From: Lama guanicoe
Lineage: Eukaryota
Length of the DNA stretch: 64,000 nucleotides
Reading direction: 5' to 3'
Assembly: GCA_013239625.1 (NCBI GenBank)
Contig: MU056000.1
Coordinates: 14,409,787 to 14,473,786 of the forward strand
Shown here: piece by piece, positions 55,950 through 64,000 of the stretch
Layout of the letters: every line of letters begins with the position of its first letter
Numbering within the stretch: position 1 is the stretch's first letter
Translations under genes and position numbers: made by a program
Notes under the pieces: generated by a model
Databases searched by the model: none
Seen by the model: the letters and a program-made list of their open reading frames with translations, nothing else
What the model was told of the DNA's origin: nothing

Positions 55950-57990
55950 CATACACACATCCCACAAAACCTGGGACTGAAAGGGCTATAGTTTCAGAAT
56001 AATGTTGAATTAAAAATATACAACTCCCTCTGCTTCTAGGCATTGGCAGGAAAATAAAGAAAAAAAATTTCCCATGAGAATTTATAAACATGTCCAAATT
56101 CACAGTATTAGCTGGGATTTTGTTGTTGTTGTTAAATCCAACATCATATATTGCATATGTAATAATAATAAAATAAGTAGAAGTAAATCTTCTGCTAAAT
56201 GACAAAGGTTGTCATATTAAATGAAGTATAGTTGAAAATTGTTTAGAAGAAACTCGTCTAAAACATAAGGCTGGAAATAGGTCAAAAACAGAGCAAAAAT
56301 AACCAAAAATAAATTGATGCATTGCTATATTTATACCACAAAAATGTTGGTTTTAGGACAAAAGATGAAAATATTTGTTGAGTTTAAAAAAAGGACTTAG
56401 TCATGATGAAAGTTTCAACTTACAAGAAAGAAAGTGACAGGATTACATTTATTTCCCTATATATAAGTTTTTCTATCTTCTCATCATTGAAAAAACAGAT
56501 GGAGTTACTGTAAGGATCTCATTTCTCCTCAGAGTTCACCCAACAGTTTCAATGATATTCCAAATTGTTTTAGGAATTCTCCAGTTTTGAAATACATAGG
56601 TGTGAAAAGATTTAAACACAGTCAAAACACAGTTTTGAACTTGAATATGATAATAAGTAACAAAATTCTTCCATATAATGAACACTATTGTAGTTATTTC
56701 AGTGCATTACCGACATTAAGAGAGACAAATAGACTACTCAACCAGAACAAGAAACCCCGGGAAAAAAAAGCATTTGTGAGCACCTAACGTACAACTGGGG
56801 TGGTATTAGCAAAACAAGATAAGCTTTTCAATAAATATTGCTTAGATAATGGGCTAAACATACAGGAAAAAATTAAAAGCATCCCCATATTGCACAACAG
56901 AAAGTAAATCTACAACTGTAGATAGTGAACCCTAAGAGAAAAACTTACAGAAAAAAAAAAAATAGAGGGCTGTTTTTTATGCTTTGGGAGTAGGTAAATG
57001 TTTCATGTATATCACAGAAGTTCCCCAATGTAAAGAAATGAATAAAAAAGTTGTAATTTAAATTTTAAAAATTGGCTTAGCAAAATTCTCTATTAAGAAA
57101 GTGAACACAAGCTACATATCATAGTTGATATTTTCAACACAAATATCTTATAATGGATCAGTAGGCATTAAATATAAAATGACAAAAAAAACTTTAAAAC
57201 TACTCTAAATCCGTATGCTAAAACTAGCAATCTGATTTTTAAAATGACAAAAATTACTGAATAGGCATGTCATAGAAAAGGGAAATAATTATTCCATAAA
57301 ACTATAACATATGATAATCCTCACTGGTGAATAGATAGCTCAACTTGACACTCAATACAAACAAAAAACAGTGATACCAAACATTAGTAAATATGTGGAT
57401 AACGGCCGACTTACACATTACTGATGGAGATGAAAATCTCTGTTTGTTCCTTGGAGGGGAATTGGTATTTCCTGGAAAATTTACTCTTAGCATTTACTCC
57501 AGAGAGACTTAATATAAGTCTACTATGATAGGAAAAGCATGGGAGGGAAATGTGTGGAAATTACTCTTGTGTCCATAACATAGAGTGTATTAACAACAAC
57601 AGAAAAGAGAATGTGGCAGCGCCATATAACGTGATACTGCAGAGCAGTAAAAGTGACTGAATTACAGCTACTTACATTAACTGTGATGATTTCAGGGGAA
57701 AAACGTCAGTAAAGGAAATATACATCAACTTACTTACAGAAATTTGAAAAGCAAAAAAAAAAAAACTGTGGATTTCAGAGGCAATTTTGTAAACCTTTAG
57801 AGAAAGCAAAGAAATTACTGACACAACCTTCAGCTTACTGATTACTCAAGGGAAGAAGGGAAGGACATGAGATCAGAGAAGAAGCTATAGAAACTCAGCT
57901 GGTCAGTGGATACATAAATCATCATTTTACTGTTGGGTTTTACTCCGTATGCTTTTTCAAAGTATTCATTTGTAGACATTAAATATTTTA
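55950..57990 (+). mobile_element. Highly degraded L1 (L1ME-like)
   Basis: A-rich plus strand with remnants such as ttttcaataaatattg and aataggcatgtcatagaaaagg. Confidence 0.55.
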
Positions 57991-58064
57991 TTTAAAAGTT
58001 AAAAAAAAGAAGTGAGTGAATGACCTATTTCATTATGGATACGTATGTTCTGCATGAATAATAC

Positions 58065-58181
58065 CTACTGGTACACGAGCAGCTCTCTTGTTATGGGTGG
58101 AAGATGCCATAGTAATGATAACGAGGCATCATGGAGGGCAGTGGTCCACTGCTGTTCATCTCCAGAATTGCACGTTCCTTC
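58065..58181 (-). CDS. Candidate exon E1; Kozak ATG at 58110 (actATGG) encoding MASSTHNKRAARVPV(G)
   Basis: Acceptor ctgttctctgctaag|GAAG; donor TAG|gtatta, with an alternative CCA|gtaggt 4 nt upstream. More GC-rich than its flanks. Confidence 0.4.
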   Translation of the reverse strand, partial: EGTCNSGDEQQWTTALHDASLSLLWHLPPITRELLVYQ

Positions 58182-58702
58182 CTTAGCAGAGAACAGTGTA
58201 TTCATTCTACTTTCTATTTGGAAGAAAAGCACAGCTAGTAGCTTTCCTTTTTTTTTTTTTCTTTTTAACTGAGTTCCTATAATTTATCAATGTAAAATTA
58301 CATCCAATACCAAACAAAAATAATACTTCAAAATTGCATCGTTCAAAGAGGATGGCGTAAGATTACAAAATCAGTTCACAATGTTCCCCACGGAAGTTTC
58401 CTCCCATTCTTAAAAACCTATCATAATTTCAAAATATTTTGGTCAAACTGACTCTCACTTTTCAGTGCAGAGAGAAAGTAATTGAGATAATGAATTTAAA
58501 GCTAAGATGATGGGAATACTTTTATGCCATTATGCAGAGAAATACACTAGTAATGTTCACAGAAGTCACTTTTTAATCCCATTTTTCTATTCTTCTGAGA
58601 GTCTAAGAAAGGATATGGAAAGGCAATATGAGTATACTCCATTAAATGCTCCTCTTATGTCACATTTTTTCATGGATCATTCAAAGACAATAGAACCTTC
58701 TA

Positions 58703-58792
58703 CTTTTTTTTTTTTAATGGAAGTACTTGGGATTGAATCCAGGACCTTGTCATGCTAAGCATGCACTCTATCCCTGAGATTTACCCTCCCCC
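58703..58792 (-). mobile_element. tRNA-derived SINE (camelid Vic-1-like)
   Basis: Pol III A/B boxes, poly(A) tail, 11-bp target-site duplication agaaccttcta at 58692-58702 and 58793-58803. Confidence 0.85.
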
Positions 58793-59636
58793 AGAACCTT
58801 CTATATGAAAACTATAGTACTGGGGAAAAAAAATGACCTCAGAAAAAGGTCATGTATGTTTTCCTTGATCCATTAACAATATAACATAAAGATGTGATCT
58901 TTATAATTAAAAATTTTTATTGTCTAGAAAAATTTTCCTAAATTAATGATTTTTTAAAGAGTTACTAGTCCTCCTTATTCCCTCAGTTACTTCTTCTTAC
59001 TCTGTTATTTTGTAAATCTACCCAGTGAATTTGAAATTTAATCTCTATTTTATTACAAATGTAACTAATACTTTTTCCTGACTATTTTTCATGTTTCTGT
59101 TGTGATCAAAATACTATTCATCTGCTTGTCGTATACTAGAGAAGGGGACTTTATCATTTTCATCAGATGTGAGTTCTTTCATTGCTTAACTACTGCCTGA
59201 GAAAGAGGTCACAGTTCTTTTAATTTCCCTTACCTAACTATAAATGTATAAACATATAACACTGTGTAGAATCAATTGTATATTAATCCTACCTATTCAA
59301 AGGTAAATCATTAAAACATATTTCTTTTTTAACGTAAGTATTTATTTTAAAAAGTAACAGCAATGCAAAAATGCTCAAAACGCAATAAATTAAAATAATA
59401 CTTTATGAAGTCTTCTTATTATTTACATTTAATATAATGCAACAGTTTGCCTGGACTATTAAAAAGACTAATGCCAATTACAAATATAATAATTCTCAAG
59501 CTTAAATGCTACAACCAAACCATCAATATTCAATGAAATTTGCCAATAATAATACTGATATTTGTGACCTATGTGCTAGTTTGCATACTGAATCTTCAGG
59601 AGTCCTTAATCAAAAAGTGCTTCAAAATTATCACAA

Positions 59637-59751
59637 GGGAGGAGTTATAGCTAAGTGGTAGAGCACATGCTTAGCCTGCACAAGGTCCTGGGTTCAATCT
59701 CCAGTACTTCCATTAAAAATAAATAATAAATTTAATTACCCCCCAAAAAAA
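59637..59751 (+). mobile_element. tRNA-derived SINE (camelid Vic-1-like)
   Basis: gggaggagttatagctaagtggtagagc...gggttcaatctccagtacttccattaaaaataaa...ttaattacccccc. Confidence 0.85.
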
Positions 59752-61099
59752 CTCAAGGAGTAAAATTTATAAATACTAATATAATTATTACTCAATCATG
59801 TCAGCAAATAATTTTTAGTGAATGCTTGCCCTTAAAGAGAAATGCAAATAGCAGTTAAGCATGAAAAAAACGTAATTTAATACTGCACATATCAATATAA
59901 TATAAAAATTTTCACCACCTTTATTACATTAATTCCAGAAGCAATATCTTAGTCTCCCTTAGATCACATAAACCTGGCAATTGGCAATATGCTTATTTTA
60001 ATTACTATATGTTGTGTCAAAAAAAGAGACAAACAAGAACAAACTCTTAAAATAGGGAGAGCTTGTCAGCTATCCAAGTTTTCTGAATGATTGAATCCAT
60101 TATTTGATAATTATTTGTTCTAAAAAAATTCACACAGAATAGCATAAGTCCTGGATTTTTAAATTTCAAAATATTTGGCATTAAAAAATGTGTGGCTTTA
60201 CAGTAACACACAATGAAGTCTGATTTTTGAGGAAGGGGGATATTTGTATGCTTTGCAGGAATGGGAGCTGAGATATTCATCAGGCAGAGCTAAAATTCTC
60301 CATTTCGCTAGTTGACAAATCTCTTGGGATGTCTAGTTCTCCCAAGAATGATTTGCTAGCGATAAGAAGAAAGATATAAAGAAAAGAAGATTGATATCAG
60401 GATGTATTTGGAGAGGGTTAAAAGAGAAGCCTGTGTAACTTGACGATAGGACCTAAATAAACCCAGTTCAATCTAAGACAAATGTTATCATTACCCAAAA
60501 TTTATCTAAGCAAAGTCAACATCAGTCATTCACATCAGATGGTATTTAACAGGCAACTTTCAAACAAAAATCTACTTTACATTGACTTTTTAATGTTTAT
60601 GCCCTTTTTTCTAACTATGTTCCCTATTGGAGCTGATACTTCTGAAAAAGGCAACTTTTTTTTTTTGTAATACGTAGAAAGGAGAATTCTTCATTGATAG
60701 AACTATAGTCCTGAAAGTCAAGAGAAAAAATTCCAAGGACAAGAGAAGAAACCCCTTTTTTTTCTCTATGAATGCTAATCATATTTTTCCTTGTTGAGAA
60801 GAAAAATCAAACACCCTAGAAAAACTATCTCTTTAAGAACAGATGTGGAGTTCTGTAATTAACCCCAAATATTTAATTTCTATTTGACGGAATTAGCATT
60901 CAGTTTAAAAAATACCAGTTTATTTGAGAATGCCCAGGGAAATAAGGTGCAGGAAGGATGCAACAGATTATAAGAAGCAAAAAATATGGAATTAATCTGG
61001 GCTGTAGAGGGTGCCAAAATTTAAAAAAAAAAAGAAAGAAAGAAAGAAAGAAAAGATTATATACAATATACAGAAAGTTAAGCTTATCTTCTAATATGC

Positions 61100-61990
61100 T
61101 TATGCCTTGGGGACCTGACTTCCCAGGAAAGCCCTGGGGGCGTGGCAACCTCTACCCAGATTGCTAAACATGGAGTGACTGGGGGCTGCAGACATGCCAC
61201 CCAGGCATGTGGGCTGCTGGACAAAAGGCTGACTCGAGGGCCAGGTCACTGCAGAGAGCCCCTGCTAGGGCCATGTCACCACCTTGACCACGTCTCCAGA
61301 CCAGTGGAGAAACCGATGTGTAATTCTACCCTGTGAGAGCTGCAGGTATGCAGCCCCAATCTTTAAGGCTATCCCTTTCTTCTTTCCCATTTCTCCCTTC
61401 TGCTTTGGGAGTTTTAGCCTGTGTCTGTCTCACCACTGCATTTTGTAGGTATGCAACTTGTTTGCTTTCACAGTTTTACTGCTGGAAAGCAATTTGCCTT
61501 AGAGGTATTGTCTCACCCACATCTGATTTAGATGATATTTAGATGAGACTTTGGACTTAGGCTTTTGAGTTTATGCTAGGATAAGTTAAGAATTTTGGGG
61601 CTATTGGGCTAGAACAAATGTATTTAGCATTTGAGGAGACATGAATTTGGGGAACAAAATGCTGTGATCTGAATGTTTCTGTCTCCCTAAATTTTATATA
61701 TTGAAAGTCTAATCCTCCAGGTAATGGTTTTAGGAGGTGAAGCCTTTGGGAAGTGATTAGATCAGGAGGGCAGAGTCTTCTTGAATGGGATTAGTGTTCC
61801 AGAGAGATTCTTAACTCTTTCTGACATATGAGGATATAAGGAGAAGTCTGTGACCTGGAAGAGAATGACCCAACCTTGCTTGCACCCTGACCTCAGACTT
61901 CCAGCTTCCAGAATTGTGAGAAATTAAATTTCTGTTGATGAACAATCCAGTCTGTGGTATTTGTTATATAGCAGCTTAAAAGGACTGAGA
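61100..61990 (+). mobile_element. MaLR internal 3' remnant plus MST/MLT1A-type LTR (LTR about 61660-61990)
   Basis: gagactttggactt...atgaatttgggg, then tgctgtgatctgaatgt...cttccagcttccagaattgtgagaaa. Confidence 0.8.
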
Positions 61991-63689
61991 TGATGACTAA
62001 TTTTCTTCTTTATTTGCTTGTTTCATATAGGATGGTGATGACTGGAGGGAAGACTTTTAACATAGTATCTAGATGCTGTGCATGATTTTTTTCTTTCTAT
62101 CTTCTTGGATGACAGAGAATATTTTATATTTTGTACATAAGGAACCAATGTCGACCAGTGGGATGAAAATAGAGAAGAAAGAGAAAATCATTAGAGCAGC
62201 AAAGTCCTATTGGTTAGAATAGAATCAAATGGAATAGTATAATAATAATACATTATTTCCTTTATAGAGAAGATAAAATTGAAGCTAATATGTAGAATAA
62301 TTCAAATTAAGGTAACATACTTATAAATAGAACTATGTCTATCTGATTTCAAAGCCCACTCCTTTTTTTTCCACTACATCATTGTGCCTTACATACTCTG
62401 TATACCACTTAAAAACTCTCACTTGTGGATAGGTAGAAAATAATTAAAGTAAATAAAATAATTTTGCTGATGTAATAACTGCAAGGAGTTCCAAGAAATT
62501 ATGAATGGCCACTATTACGCTCTGTCACAAACATATCTGTCCATAGCACCTGATGTCAATTTGTTTTCAATGGGATAGCTAAATTCTATGAAAATAAAGC
62601 AAATGAACCTGGACCAATACTAAGAAAAAAACTAATGCACATATTTAATTATTTGGATTCAAACAATTTACTATATACAGATAATGATTTAAGACTGTGC
62701 AAAAGTATATTTTATTTAGAAAAGCAACTAGCAGAATAGAATGTAAATCAGCATCTTTATTGCTGTATTTCTCTTTTCTTTATTTCTATATTTGCATCTC
62801 TCTTTCTATATTTGCAACTGCTCTCTACTTATGTAGGTAGGGCTTTTTAACTATAAGCTATTAAGATGTCAGTTACCACCACTCAATGTTTTATTTATGA
62901 ATAAATGAAGATATCACTATTTAATGAACAAATATCAGATCCTATTATATACAGTATGTTGTTTATAAAGATTAATACAACATGATCTTCCAGAATCAGA
63001 GCCTTATGTTCTTGTGAGTTTATTATACTGCATTTATAAAGTTGTTCTGATGTTCAAATAACACAAGAGGATAGTATAGTCTATGGTAAAGAAAACATAC
63101 GCTTATAAGGCTGACGCAGATAATATGGGGAAATGAAGTACATTTGGTTTAAGAAACAACATGAATTAATAGAAAAAACAATAAATTGGAGACCTGATTG
63201 CTGACTGAGTGTGCCAGTCATTGCTACTTTCAATTAGTGGATGCAGGGAGACAATGGAAAACCACTATTGCCCAGTCATTGCTATTTCAAGTTTGACGTG
63301 ACATTTAGTTCTTTTACGCGGAATTTCTGAATTCTCAAACCTTGACAAAAAAAAATTAAAACTTAAAAATTACAGTGTAAATCAAACAAAATACATATTT
63401 TATATTTGTTACATATACATTGTTAGTATTTGCTGCTTACCCATTTGGGATATCAGTTCTTTATCATCAATGCTGTCTGTAAATACGTGACTACCATGAT
63501 GGACCCCCAGACATTGGGAACAGAGTTCACCTCAAAGTTATACAGAACAAGTGTTTTAAATCACCTAGCTTGTGGTATTTTATTATGGCAAAGCTTTTAT
63601 TATGGTATTTTATTATAAAGCAAAGGAAATTAGTACACCTATTTCTGATCTGAAACACTTCATGTGTACATGGGGATAAAAGTCACAAA

Positions 63690-64000
63690 TATTATAACTC
63701 AGAATGGTAAAAGACTGAGTGACTTCCCATTAAAATCACTAGCAAGACATGGATGTCTTCACTTTGTTGTTTTAATCAGCATTTCATTATAAGCTCTAGC
63801 TAGTATAATAAGGCAAGTAAAATAAATGAAAGCATCCGTACCAGAAAGGAAGAACTAGAATTGCTTTTATTTGCAAATAACATGATTTTCTATGTGTAAA
63901 AAATAATAGAGTGCTACAGAAACTAGTAAGCAAGTTTAGCAACTCTACAAGAGATAAGATCAATATACAGAAATACATCATATTTGTATACATTAGCTGT
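63690..64000 (+). mobile_element. L1 ORF2 fragment (runs off the window)
   Basis: ttatttgcaaataacatgatt (LFA-DMI-like motif), gataagatcaatatacagaaat. Confidence 0.8.

Larger units (their letters stand above)
2942..58181 (-). pseudogene. Unidentified multi-exon gene or decaying unitary pseudogene (about 11 short exons)
   Basis: Manual splice-site scan found a same-strand series of GT-AG exons. All-exon translation: MASSTHNKRAARVPVGKAILKRTQSQQYMRKYITKHS*SELQGLNPPAAFILSPPLRTLQP*PCWKPLARETLNPNFHRKTIFRKSLHTFNQILNRSVTMKGAHDRSRIKLFNLIMQNEISNTRFSTLQRGYYSVLVNTPLKKRLPRFLETNIDKENSSDHGIYSQRTSRLEAAFHNLPTYYL*. Protein not recognised. Confidence 0.5.

Noticed and set aside
59637..59715. tRNA gene
   Set aside because: Has A/B boxes but continues into a SINE tail, lacks a clean acceptor stem, and a second diverged copy with a target-site duplication lies nearby.
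3034..63993. ORF-track ORFs (60-140 aa) as stand-alone genes
   Set aside because: Short, rich in F/L/I/S, many with non-ATG starts or lying in L1/LTR sequence. A few merely overlap candidate exons (5491-5688, 16411-16620, 36351-36632, 40129-40473).

Overview
AT-rich, CpG-poor mammalian genomic DNA, most likely camelid: two tRNA-derived SINEs resemble the camel/alpaca Vic-1 family, and I saw no Alu, Bov-tA or PRE-1. Much of the window is old interspersed repeat (L1, L2, MIR, MaLR LTRs, Tigger and Charlie DNA transposons). The supplied ORFs are chance ORFs or decayed repeat ORFs. The main non-repeat signal is a series of about 11 short minus-strand exons (19-117 nt, GT-AG) spread from 58181 down to 2942. 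Spliced in order they give a 184-codon frame with only two internal stops, and skipping two exons gives a stop-free 146-aa ORF. I cannot assign the protein to a known gene; it may be an uncharacterised gene or a decaying unitary pseudogene. One frame-neutral 45-nt exon is doubled by a near-identical 2.17-kb tandem duplication, which sits beside an older 359-bp tandem duplication. Repeat family names are from recall of consensus sequences, not a search, and repeat boundaries are approximate.
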